From positions 1 to 32,587 of the IMG/VR virus record IMGVR_UViG_3300038520_002558: 32,587 nucleotides of DNA. One strand, 5' to 3'. The DNA is from a virus (Duplodnaviria; Caudoviricetes). Shown piece after piece: positions 18,992 to 26,490 of the stretch (positions within the stretch are counted from its first letter, which is position 1; the number at the start of each line of letters is the position of its first letter). The notes under the pieces are model-generated. The model did no database searches, was not told where the DNA came from, and saw only the letters and a list, made by a program, of their open reading frames with translations. The position numbers and the translations under genes are program-made.

Positions 18992-19667
18992 GCCCAAGAT
19001 TCAGAGGATTGGTGTTGGAACGGTAGGCGTGCCAAGCGTTGAAGCAAGGCAGATGATTCCACCGCCAAGATTGCCAGCCGAGCCACCTGTCACATTGATG
19101 CTGGGTTTTCCAGTAGCAGACATGCCAGGCGGTGAAATCCCACATTATGAGCCGCTGAACTTCACGCCAGGTCAGCACACGCACCAAGCCGCACCAACAC
19201 CAGAACCCTACACAGAGGAAAAACCGGCTGATCGCTCGAAACAGCCGGCTTTAGCACCCCCGCCAGCTGCACCGTCAACAGCTGACATTCCAAAGGTAGC
19301 CACTGAGCTGCCTTGTCCTGCACCTGATGCAATCCCTTTAGGTGCAAAAAATAAATCGCAAACAGCGGTCATCATTGGATACGAAGTTGTTAACGGAAAG
19401 TGCGAGGCGATGTATGAGCAGCTAGACGTGCCAACGATTATTGGAAATTATCTGCCAGGCGCGCCTGTTGTTTCGACGACTGCGAGTGTTGCTGTGGTTG
19501 CGACAACATCAGCGATCATCGCAAGGCCTTTAGGCGACATTTTGTTGAAGGTCATTAAACCGATCGTCAAGAAGACGATTAAAAAGATCAAGGAGAAGCT
19601 GGGGAAGAAAGTTGCTGTTGAGTCTGTGTTCCAGCGTCAAAAGTTTCAGCGGTCTTTGCGGAAGTAG
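18990..19667 (+). CDS. Pro-rich protein with a Cys pair, C-terminal TM helix and basic tail
   Basis: PPVTL.LG.PV.DMPG motif, CP...KCE, hydrophobic TTASVAVVATTSAIIA, then KVIKPIVKKTIKKIK. Confidence 0.75.
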   Translation: MPKIQRIGVGTVGVPSVEARQMIPPPRLPAEPPVTLMLGFPVADMPGGEIPHYEPLNFTPGQHTHQAAPTPEPYTEEKPADRSKQPALAPPPAAPSTADIPKVATELPCPAPDAIPLGAKNKSQTAVIIGYEVVNGKCEAMYEQLDVPTIIGNYLPGAPVVSTTASVAVVATTSAIIARPLGDILLKVIKPIVKKTIKKIKEKLGKKVAVESVFQRQKFQRSLRK

Positions 19668-20319
19668 GAATTGAATGTATGTGGGGCAGCAGTGTGCCTG
19701 GCGGGTTAGTCAAGACCACATCAGCGCAGATGCCGCGATATGGACTCTTGGGATGGAAGCTTATGCCTTTGCGTAGCATCTCTCCGCAGTTTTTGAGCCT
19801 AGCGATCTCGTAATTCAACCTCTTGTCAGCAAGCTGTTGCTCTAAAAGCGCCACTTGCTTTTCCGCCGCTCGATGACAGCTCTTGATATGAGAGCGATCT
19901 AACGGTATCGAAATTGTGGCAGTGATTCCGCCGTTGATCGAGTAGTTGTTTTTTTGCCCTGTACGAATTGGACGATAAAAAAGGACATTCCCCGGATTAT
20001 CGGGGACGCCATCTGGGATGGCATTGCCTTCCTCGTCAAACGCGCCAACCAAATCGAGAGTGTCATAAACAGGCTCGTTGTAGTAGGACTCATAAGGCTG
20101 TGACCAGCCAACAGTTGTGCTTAGGAAAGGACTGATGGTGAGGCTTGTTCCTTGACAACTGAAGTTGCCATATTGATAGACAAAATTTTTGCCAGGCACA
20201 ACCTGTACTGCTTGATTGGTCACTGATCCAGAACTATTTGCGACTGGAGCGGCGGTGCTTGAGACCTGCGCCTGAACCGGAGCGGAAAGCAGCAAAAGTG
20301 TTGCTAAGACTCGCTTCAT
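19588..20319 (-). CDS. Secreted protein with four Cys, putative beta-hairpin and coiled coil (candidate oligomeric outer-membrane pore)
   Basis: Signal peptide (...APVQA/Q), strands TSLTISPF and YSINGGITATISIPLD, then long helices. Confidence 0.75.
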   Translation of the reverse strand: MKRVLATLLLLSAPVQAQVSSTAAPVANSSGSVTNQAVQVVPGKNFVYQYGNFSCQGTSLTISPFLSTTVGWSQPYESYYNEPVYDTLDLVGAFDEEGNAIPDGVPDNPGNVLFYRPIRTGQKNNYSINGGITATISIPLDRSHIKSCHRAAEKQVALLEQQLADKRLNYEIARLKNCGEMLRKGISFHPKSPYRGICADVVLTNPPGTLLPHIHSIPTSAKTAETFDAGTQTQQQLSSPASP

Positions 20320-20765
20320 TGCGTGAAGGTGCTGAGCGTCTCCGTTAAAGATTCAATGTCAGTTGTTTTGTTGATTACCGTGTGCTGTGTCAGCCCTGGT
20401 CCGCTGTAAGTTTCGATGAACTGAAATGATGCGCCAGCTTCAACGATTTGCCATTCTGGCTTGCTAGCAGGATTAAGTCCTTTCCAATGGCTCGTCACGC
20501 CGTTGAGGTTGTTAGTTGTAGTGATCAGTTTGTCTGTAGCGACAGCACCGCCAACTGGCGCAACATTTGTTCCGCTGACGGTTAGCTCATAGCCAGTCCG
20601 ATACTGATACGAGTTGATCACCTCAGTAATTTTCTGCGTTGTCTTCGTAGTTGAGCTGAGATTCCCCTGCTGAAAGTTTGGCACCACCGGGATTGACTTT
20701 GCTCTTGGAGCGGCAAGAGCAATGGCGCAAAAAACACCCCAAGCAACCCAAATGCCAGTCCACAT
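20316..20765 (-). CDS. Secreted beta-rich protein (paralog of 20765-21259)
   Basis: Hydrophobic N-terminal signal, IPVVPNF, T-rich strands, VSGTNV and AGASFQFIETY motifs. Confidence 0.75.
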   Translation of the reverse strand: MWTGIWVAWGVFCAIALAAPRAKSIPVVPNFQQGNLSSTTKTTQKITEVINSYQYRTGYELTVSGTNVAPVGGAVATDKLITTTNNLNGVTSHWKGLNPASKPEWQIVEAGASFQFIETYSGPGLTQHTVINKTTDIESLTETLSTFTQ

Positions 20766-21259
20766 CACTTAATGGTCAGCTCTTGAATAACTTGTCCAAC
20801 TGCGGATGTGCCAGCGCCACCAGCAGTGATTGAAAGAGCCCCGCCAGAATCAATAGTTCCAGCTAGGTCGCTCGACACACCGCCAGAAGTTGTGGTCACA
20901 GAGCCAAAAACCGGCAGGGCTGGAACTACTCCGTTTGTGACTGTTGTTGATAAGACGCTTGGGACGTCATCGCCTTCAATATATGACTCTGAATACGAAA
21001 AGCTGTCACCAGCAGTAGTGACACTGAACTCGCCAGGAGTGTAGCCCAGAGCAGTACCGGAAGTAAGTGTCCCCAGAGCAGGAGCAGTGTCCAGAGTGAC
21101 GTTAGAGCCAGATACTGCCAGCGAACTCGGGACGCGATTTGCGACTGATCCTGCGCCATCCACTTGGAGCTGTACGCTTGATTGAATTCTATGAGTGATG
21201 TCTGCCTGGGCAGGCAATCCCAGAAGCGTCACACCCAATACAAAAGCAATGCGTTTCAT
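20765..21259 (-). CDS. Secreted S/T/G-rich beta protein (candidate filament subunit)
   Basis: Signal peptide (...LPAQA/D), VSGSNV and AGDSFSYSESY motifs, terminal strand QELTIK. Confidence 0.8.
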   Translation of the reverse strand: MKRIAFVLGVTLLGLPAQADITHRIQSSVQLQVDGAGSVANRVPSSLAVSGSNVTLDTAPALGTLTSGTALGYTPGEFSVTTAGDSFSYSESYIEGDDVPSVLSTTVTNGVVPALPVFGSVTTTSGGVSSDLAGTIDSGGALSITAGGAGTSAVGQVIQELTIK

Positions 21260-21516
21260 TTGGGCTTTGCGGTGGTGGGTTCTTGCTTGATTGTAGGTTC
21301 TTCTTTTTTCTTTCTATTGGCACCAACGGACAACCCAAATGACGCGGCAGTTCCTGACAGGATTGAAGCTGGATAGGTGGGATCAAGCGATTGCTGGAAC
21401 ACCCCAAGATAATTAGCCGTCAGGATCACCATTGCCCATCCGAGCAACACAACCTTGACAACATCGCCAAGACGGGAGTTTCCATCGTCCTGTTGCTTGT
21501 CCGTTGACTCTGCCAT
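21256..21516 (-). CDS. Two-TM membrane protein
   Basis: Two hydrophobic segments and a basic C-terminus. First gene of the minus-strand operon. Confidence 0.7.
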   Translation of the reverse strand: MAESTDKQQDDGNSRLGDVVKVVLLGWAMVILTANYLGVFQQSLDPTYPASILSGTAASFGLSVGANRKKKEEPTIKQEPTTAKPK

Positions 21517-21540
21517 GATTAAAGGAGCGTGAGGCGGGGC

Positions 21541-21792
21541 ATGGTCGAAGTCTGGGCGGCTGTGGCTGGAGCGTCAATAACCACTGCGGCACTAGGGGTT
21601 TCTGGCATCAACCGTCAGAGCCGTCAAGGACAAGACTCGCTAATTCGTCTGACTACCGCTGTCGATAACCTGTCCAGCCGGCTCGATATTTTGCATCAAG
21701 ACATCAAGAGCAAAGACGTTGAGGTGTTTGGGCGACTTTCTGAGCTTGAACGTGCGGTAGCGCGATTGGAAGGCCACAGCGATCGGCACTAA
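21541..21792 (+). CDS. TM + coiled-coil protein (holin/lysis-associated candidate)
   Basis: N-terminal hydrophobic helix, heptad C-terminus (RLSELERAVARLEG), upstream of the peptidase. Confidence 0.55.
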   Translation: MVEVWAAVAGASITTAALGVSGINRQSRQGQDSLIRLTTAVDNLSSRLDILHQDIKSKDVEVFGRLSELERAVARLEGHSDRH

Positions 21793-21819
21793 CGTATTGA
21801 TGTTGTTCAAGGCAAGGCA

Positions 21820-21990
21820 ATGGTTCTGATCATCAAGCCAATCCTGATGGCATTTCTAAAATCTGATGCTGTGAAGCGTTTGGTTTTAGATTTGCTTCGG
21901 GCTTACGCGGAAACCACAGACAACACAATCGACGATCAGGTTTGCGATTATGTGGAGAAGAACTTGATTGGACCACGTGTGGAAAAGTGA
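21820..21990 (+). CDS. 56-aa protein MVLIIKPILMAFLKSDAVKRLVLDLLRAYAETTDNTIDDQVCDYVEKNLIGPRVEK (not in ORF track)
   Basis: Translated by hand, fills an intergenic gap. TDN..DD motif recalled from small phage lysis-region proteins. Confidence 0.7.
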   Translation: MVLIIKPILMAFLKSDAVKRLVLDLLRAYAETTDNTIDDQVCDYVEKNLIGPRVEK

Positions 21991-22133
21991 AACCATCGGT
22001 TCTGTTTGCAGCTGGTTGGTTCGTCGCCGGAGGCGCTGTCATGCTTTTGCTCTACAGCAGCGTTATCATTTTTATAGGCGGATACAACGTTGGCGAAAGC
22101 AGCTGTCGCCCGGCATTATTAGAGCGACGTTGA
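21987..22133 (+). CDS. Small hydrophobic membrane peptide
   Basis: GTGA overlap with the previous stop, long hydrophobic stretch. Confidence 0.5.
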   Translation: MKPSVLFAAGWFVAGGAVMLLLYSSVIIFIGGYNVGESSCRPALLERR

Positions 22134-22144
22134 TCGGCATAGCA

Positions 22145-22846
22145 GTGACTCTTTCACTACTGCCGTTTTTCGAGTTTTTTAAGCGAGATGTGCCTCATCG
22201 CGCAGCTGCTGTGAAGCTGCTAGAGGATTCGCTGCCGCGTGAGTTGCTAGAGGAAGATGCCCTCTGGGTTCAAGCATGGAAGGCAAGCGGCATAGATCAA
22301 GAGGTGTTCTTGCCTCGCTATTTTCGACAACAAGAGCTAAGCAGGGGGGAGCGTAAATGTTTTACGTCAGCAGCTGCCATGGTTGCTGCGCACGCGCACC
22401 GCGTGAACACACAAGAACAGTATGAGTCAGTTCTCAGGCAGTATGGCGACACAACTTCTGTCGGGGCTCACGTCAAAGCACTGAGAAGCCTTGGGTTGAC
22501 AGTTACGTTTACACAGTCAGCAGACGCGGAAGACGTAATGGAAGCAATCGACAGTGGCATCCCTGTGTTGGTGGGGTGGTTGCATCAGGGCGACTTATTG
22601 CAGGGTGAACCGCCGATGTGCGACAAGAACGCTTGTGGGCATTGGTCGGTCATCCATGGCTATAGCGGCAGGTACACCAACGACGCAAGCTGGCTGATGT
22701 CTGATCCTGCAGGGATGCCAAGCATTGAGCACGGCTCACACAATTTGGCTCTCTCTGGCCATCGTGTAAGCGTGCGTCAAGCTGCGTTTCATCAACGCTG
22801 GCAAGTTGATGGCCCGAAATCTGGCTGGGCGATATTCGCCGAATGA
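22145..22846 (+). CDS. C39-like cysteine peptidase (putative endolysin)
   Basis: YFRQ...RKCFTSAAAM (Q, C), GHWSVIHGY (H), SDPAG (D). Start uncertain (GTG 22145 or TTG 22130). Confidence 0.75.
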   Translation: MTLSLLPFFEFFKRDVPHRAAAVKLLEDSLPRELLEEDALWVQAWKASGIDQEVFLPRYFRQQELSRGERKCFTSAAAMVAAHAHRVNTQEQYESVLRQYGDTTSVGAHVKALRSLGLTVTFTQSADAEDVMEAIDSGIPVLVGWLHQGDLLQGEPPMCDKNACGHWSVIHGYSGRYTNDASWLMSDPAGMPSIEHGSHNLALSGHRVSVRQAAFHQRWQVDGPKSGWAIFAE

Positions 22847-23040
22847 GCCAGTTCTATTGGGTTTGGGCATACATCAGCGCGTTTTGGACGACTGTTGTTG
22901 TGCAGTGCGCAAAACCTGTCAACTGGGATCAGTGCTCACGAGTTAATGACTGGCTTGTGCCATGGGTTCGAGACGTGACGGAGATGCACAAAAAGGGTGC
23001 GTATGCGTCTGAAAAGGAAATCCTGAGCCAGGCTAAGTAG
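22843..23040 (+). CDS. Small Trp-rich membrane protein with a Cys pair
   Basis: ATGA overlap, hydrophobic N-terminus, C..PVNW.QC motif. Confidence 0.6.
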   Translation: MSQFYWVWAYISAFWTTVVVQCAKPVNWDQCSRVNDWLVPWVRDVTEMHKKGAYASEKEILSQAK

Positions 23041-23062
23041 GATTGCTTTTTGCGCTTACGGG

Positions 23063-23581
23063 ATGGCGGTTCTGTGTGATTGGGAGATTAAGGCCAGATG
23101 CGAGAAGGGCAAAATGATCCAGCCATTCGATGAAAGCCTTTTGAATCCGGCAAGCCTTGATATGCGCTTGGGTTCTTACCTGATGATTGAGAGCATTTAC
23201 AGCCCTGAGCTGATCCGAATCGACATTTCAGACAGGACAAAGGATGAGCCGTTCATGCTGCAGTCCGGTGAGTTTTGCTTGGCTGAGACACTTGAGGTCT
23301 TTAACGTCCCCGACGACATCAGTTGTCAGTTTGTACTCAAGTCAAGCCGAGCCCGCGAAGGTTACAATCATCTGCTTGCTGGCTGGGTTGATCCTGCGTT
23401 CAACTCGAGCAGATTGACGCTTGAGTTGAAGAATGAGCGCCTACACCATGCTTTGCCGTTGTATCCAGGTTTGAAAATTGGCCAAATAGTGTTTCACTCA
23501 ATGTCAAACGTCCCGATGCGCAGCTATCGCGAGACAGGCCATTACAACAATCACTTGACAGTCATGCCTTCTGTGGCATGA
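23063..23581 (+). CDS. dcd: dCTP deaminase
   Basis: NPASLDMRLG, KSSRAREG, GWVDP.F, TLELKN, LYPGLKIGQIVF motifs. Confidence 0.92.
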   Translation: MAVLCDWEIKARCEKGKMIQPFDESLLNPASLDMRLGSYLMIESIYSPELIRIDISDRTKDEPFMLQSGEFCLAETLEVFNVPDDISCQFVLKSSRAREGYNHLLAGWVDPAFNSSRLTLELKNERLHHALPLYPGLKIGQIVFHSMSNVPMRSYRETGHYNNHLTVMPSVA

Positions 23582-23603
23582 CTTGACAAGAATCTTCAGA
23601 GCG

Positions 23604-23819
23604 ATGGGCTGGGCTGACTGGTTAGTTGTCCATCAAAGCCTTGAAGAGGAGTTAGAGGTTGAACGCAGTATCAGAGAGGTTTACAGCTGCGAAGACGAGA
23701 GAGAGTTAAAACAGTTGTGCGCTGGTTTAGTCAGACAGAGCTGGCATCAAAGCAAGCTGCTGAGCCAGGCCGTCACCCGTATTGGCGAGCTTGACGCAAA
23801 GCTGGCTTGCTGGGATTAA
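23604..23819 (+). CDS. Hypothetical helical protein
   Basis: ORF track. Start refined to MGWADW. Confidence 0.6.
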   Translation: MGWADWLVVHQSLEEELEVERSIREVYSCEDERELKQLCAGLVRQSWHQSKLLSQAVTRIGELDAKLACWD

Positions 23820-23839
23820 AAAAGCCCCCTTGCGGGGGC
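23818..23839 (-). terminator. Intrinsic terminator for the leftward gene
   Basis: Minus strand GCCCCC-GCAA-GGGGGC-TTTTTT. Confidence 0.85.
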
Positions 23840-23845
23840 GGTGGA

Positions 23846-24013
23846 TCAGCAGCCAAGGGGCGCAGTTTCAAAGACTTGGAACTGCTCGCCGGTGAAGTTG
23901 TCGGCGTGGAACTGATCGGCTTCGGCCTTGGTGAAAAACGCGGGGCCGTGGGGCATCCAAAAGTCTTCGCGGCCGTCGATCTTGATCAGCTTGTGAGTCT
24001 GGAAGAGGGTCAT
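23846..24013 (-). CDS. 55-aa early protein in a self-contained promoter-terminator cassette
   Basis: ATG 24013 follows the repeated leader element, and a terminator follows the stop. Confidence 0.7.
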   Translation of the reverse strand: MTLFQTHKLIKIDGREDFWMPHGPAFFTKAEADQFHADNFTGEQFQVFETAPLGC

Positions 24014-24080
24014 GATGCTGAGGTGTGTGGGGTCTCCCCCTGAACAAACCCAATATACACACATGGCATACCATGCGCAA
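24014..24080 (-). promoter_or_regulatory. Early expression module C: TTGCGC-17-TATATT, palindromic site 24064-24073, GGG-GGAGAC-CCC hairpin, ACACCTC
   Basis: Read directly. Matches the modules at 30655 and 31023. Confidence 0.75.
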
Positions 24081-24084
24081 GTGG

Positions 24085-24246
24085 TTAGCCGTGCTTGCCT
24101 GTGATCCTTGACCTGTAGAGCCTGACTGCGGCCTCGTAGTGAAAGTTGGCCTGCCAGTCATATTTGAAATAGCGAGCCATTCCGCCGTGGCTTACTTCCC
24201 ACAACAGCGTTCCGTCTTTTTCGACCTGCTTGATTGTTGGCCTCAT
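24085..24246 (-). CDS. 53-aa hypothetical protein
   Basis: Distal part of ORF 24085-24471, taken from MRPTIKQ. Confidence 0.55.
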   Translation of the reverse strand: MRPTIKQVEKDGTLLWEVSHGGMARYFKYDWQANFHYEAAVRLYRSRITGKHG

Positions 24247-24272
24247 AAAAAAGGAGCGCATAGGCGCTCCTT
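24247..24272 (-). terminator. Intrinsic terminator after SSB
   Basis: AAGGAGCGC-4-GCGCTCCTT stem with a T-run on the minus strand. Confidence 0.8.
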
Positions 24273-24292
24273 GTCTCTCGTTCATCACAAGC

Positions 24293-24607
24293 TTAGAAGT
24301 CAATGACGGGCTTAGCAGCTGCAGGCTTGTCATGAGGGACGTAAGGCGCAGACAACTTGCCAGATATAAAGGGCTTGCCCTTGTTCTCACCTTGCTTAAT
24401 TTCGCGATTCCAGCCAGCAAGGCTGATCTTGACAACTTCCTTGTCTTGCCAATCGAGCACGCGCTCAGCATTTTGCAGGTAAGAGATCAAAGCGTTGATT
24501 TCCTCAGCCGGAACCTCAATGTTTCCAGTAACATCAGGCCATGTGTCCTTTTTCTTGTTTTCCTCTCTAGTGGTGAACTGAACAAAATTAACACTAAAAT
24601 CAGACAT
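24293..24607 (-). CDS. Putative single-stranded DNA-binding protein
   Basis: PDVTG...LAGW...GKPFISG pattern, ends in DF, downstream of ERF. Confidence 0.55.
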   Translation of the reverse strand: MSDFSVNFVQFTTREENKKKDTWPDVTGNIEVPAEEINALISYLQNAERVLDWQDKEVVKISLAGWNREIKQGENKGKPFISGKLSAPYVPHDKPAAAKPVIDF

Positions 24608-24609
24608 GA

Positions 24610-24792
24610 TCAGTTGAAGAATCTGGAGATGATGGTTTGTAGGGCAGAGTTCACAACGCCATGGTGACGTTGCTCTGCGTAATGACGCAGCTGGGCAGCT
24701 AACTGCCTATCCAACCGAACTTGAAAATGACGGTTTCGGCGTTCGTCGTCTGCTCTAGCGCGTTGTTCGCGCTTTTTGTCTTCATTAAGCAT
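24610..24792 (-). CDS. Ribbon-helix-helix-like regulator
   Basis: HFQVRLD strand followed by two helices. Confidence 0.6.
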   Translation of the reverse strand: MLNEDKKREQRARADDERRNRHFQVRLDRQLAAQLRHYAEQRHHGVVNSALQTIISRFFN

Positions 24793-25450
24793 GAGCCTTT
24801 AACCAGCCTTGAATCCAGGTTTGATGCTTGCGCTTGCTGATTCTGGCTCTCGTTAACTTGACTTCGCTGTGTTTGAAAGCAAAGCAAAAAGCCGTTGTGA
24901 TGTCTTGTTTTCTGCCATCGTTCAGAGCCTTTATCTGTAAGATCAATTCATCGACTTCGTCCCTGGAAAGCTTGTTCTCTTCTGGAGGTATTCCTGGGAT
25001 AGCTGTGCTCTGTTGATGCTCGACCTTTGCCGCAGGCTTCTCATCATCTGCATCACCATCATTGTCAACAACGCCAATGCACAGATTCAAAACTGATAAA
25101 AGCGCATACCGTCGAGCATAGGTGACAGCTTTGCCCCATTCGTGGGTGTAGTTCTTGCCATTGTTAATTGGCAACAACATGACAGCAGAAACGTGTTCGC
25201 CGCTTAAGTGAAGCAGGGTTGTCCTGAGGCCAGGCTGCCCGTTGATGTCTTCTGGCAGCTGTGTAACCACAAGACCGCTAGATCTCAAGGCTGGGCCAAT
25301 GTTTGACAGCACACCAGATAAGTTGGCAAAACCGCCGAAATGGCTTTCAGCGTTGTCATGAATGGTAGGCACTGCCTCATGGAATTTGATCAGCGCGGCT
25401 GCCAAATTACTCAAGGGCTGTGACGGTGATGATGGCTCCGAGGAAGTCAT
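24785..25450 (-). CDS. erf: ERF-family ssDNA annealing protein
   Basis: LAAALIKF, GLVVTQ, LRTTLLH.SGE, GKAVTYARRYAL, DNDG motifs. Confidence 0.88.
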   Translation of the reverse strand: MTSSEPSSPSQPLSNLAAALIKFHEAVPTIHDNAESHFGGFANLSGVLSNIGPALRSSGLVVTQLPEDINGQPGLRTTLLHLSGEHVSAVMLLPINNGKNYTHEWGKAVTYARRYALLSVLNLCIGVVDNDGDADDEKPAAKVEHQQSTAIPGIPPEENKLSRDEVDELILQIKALNDGRKQDITTAFCFAFKHSEVKLTRARISKRKHQTWIQGWLKAHA

Positions 25451-25883
25451 CTGTTTGATACCTCTTTGTAGCGTAAAGGGAAACGATCTGTGAATCGTTT
25501 TTAAGCAGGACCTGGGCGACTGCGTCACCAATGGAATCTGCCACACCTCGACAAAGTTTGTCGATGTCAGGTGTTTTTGTGTGATGCTGCGGTGCTGAGG
25601 CTTTTAGCTTGCCAGCGTTTTTGCCTGTGCCGTAATGGCACAGAGAACGCGGGAAGACAAACTCACACCTCAGAGAAACTGCAGCGGCAATGTCCCATCC
25701 CTCAGGCTTGTGACGATGTGCAGCGGCTGCAACATCGCTGCGCCAACTGGCAAGAGCCTCAGCATTGTTAGCAACAACCCTGCTGTTGTAGGCACGCATA
25801 GACCCTTGCGGGACAGGCGTGCCAAGAACAGCAAAAGTGACGCTACTGGCCGAGTTGGGCGTGGGCGTTGTCGATGGCTGCAT
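25407..25883 (-). CDS. rusA: RusA-family Holliday junction resolvase
   Basis: F.V.G.PVPQG, F.FPR, PDIDKL.R...D, NDSQIV motifs. Start uncertain. Confidence 0.88.
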   Translation of the reverse strand: MQPSTTPTPNSASSVTFAVLGTPVPQGSMRAYNSRVVANNAEALASWRSDVAAAAHRHKPEGWDIAAAVSLRCEFVFPRSLCHYGTGKNAGKLKASAPQHHTKTPDIDKLCRGVADSIGDAVAQVLLKNDSQIVSLYATKRYQTDDFLGAIITVTALE

Positions 25884-26046
25884 TGAGTAGGCCAATGGCA
25901 ATAGCTGATGCTGAGATTTTGCGCTGTTCAACGCTAAATGTCTGCCCAGCAACTTCAACCAGACTTTGTCGGCCTGCTGTCGCTTGCGAGATCTGCGTGA
26001 GTTTAGATGAACGCTCAGGGTCGAGATTGATTGAAATGGATTTCAT
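25843..26046 (-). CDS. Small putative DNA-binding protein (RHH-like N-terminus)
   Basis: MKSISINLD strand then helix. Confidence 0.5.
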   Translation of the reverse strand: MKSISINLDPERSSKLTQISQATAGRQSLVEVAGQTFSVEQRKISASAIAIGLLNAAIDNAHAQLGQ

Positions 26047-26091
26047 GTTGTTTGGGGTGAAAGGATGGGACTTACGCCAAGGCCGCCCAGG

Positions 26092-26238
26092 TCAAGATTC
26101 TTTTTTGAGCGCCTCGTAAAAAGCACGCTCTAATGCAGTGAGCTTGGGTTTTTTTTCTTTGAGCGCAGCTTTGGCCCGGGCCTTGGCAGCCTTAACGGTG
26201 TCCTCAGGCCGGGTGTTCCAGTAAATCCCGCGGCCCAT
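26092..26238 (-). CDS. 48-aa basic protein MGRGIYWNTRPEDTVKAAKARAKAALKEKKPKLTALERAFYEALKKES (not in ORF track)
   Basis: Translated by hand. ATG directly after the upstream TAA, fills the gap. Confidence 0.65.
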   Translation of the reverse strand: MGRGIYWNTRPEDTVKAAKARAKAALKEKKPKLTALERAFYEALKKES

Positions 26239-26490
26239 TTAACTACTACGTCTCTGCAACCACCTCTTTCGCCCTTGCTCAGCTGCTGCTTGTATTGGGC
26301 CAGGCGCAACCACAGAATTGAATAGCTCGTGCGCCTTTTCATTTGGCAAACCTTGTTGAGCAATCCAAGCAGCAAAAATTTTTAGGGCTGCGCTGTTAAT
26401 CGCTTCTGCTTCTTCTTTTGACGGCAAGCTAGAGACATAAGCAGATAGCTCGAAAACTGCATTGGCTAAATCGCGTTCAGTAACGGTCAT
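26239..26490 (-). CDS. Hypothetical protein
   Basis: ATGA coupling within the operon. Confidence 0.6.
   Translation of the reverse strand: MTVTERDLANAVFELSAYVSSLPSKEEAEAINSAALKIFAAWIAQQGLPNEKAHELFNSVVAPGPIQAAAEQGRKRWLQRRSS

Noticed and set aside
21968-22144. N-terminal extension of the peptidase ORF (RRRRR stretch)
   Set aside because: It overlaps two better-coupled small ORFs, so the start is more likely near 22130-22145.
24230-24667. 145-aa plus-strand ORF
   Set aside because: Antisense to the SSB/RHH operon, with no recognisable motifs.
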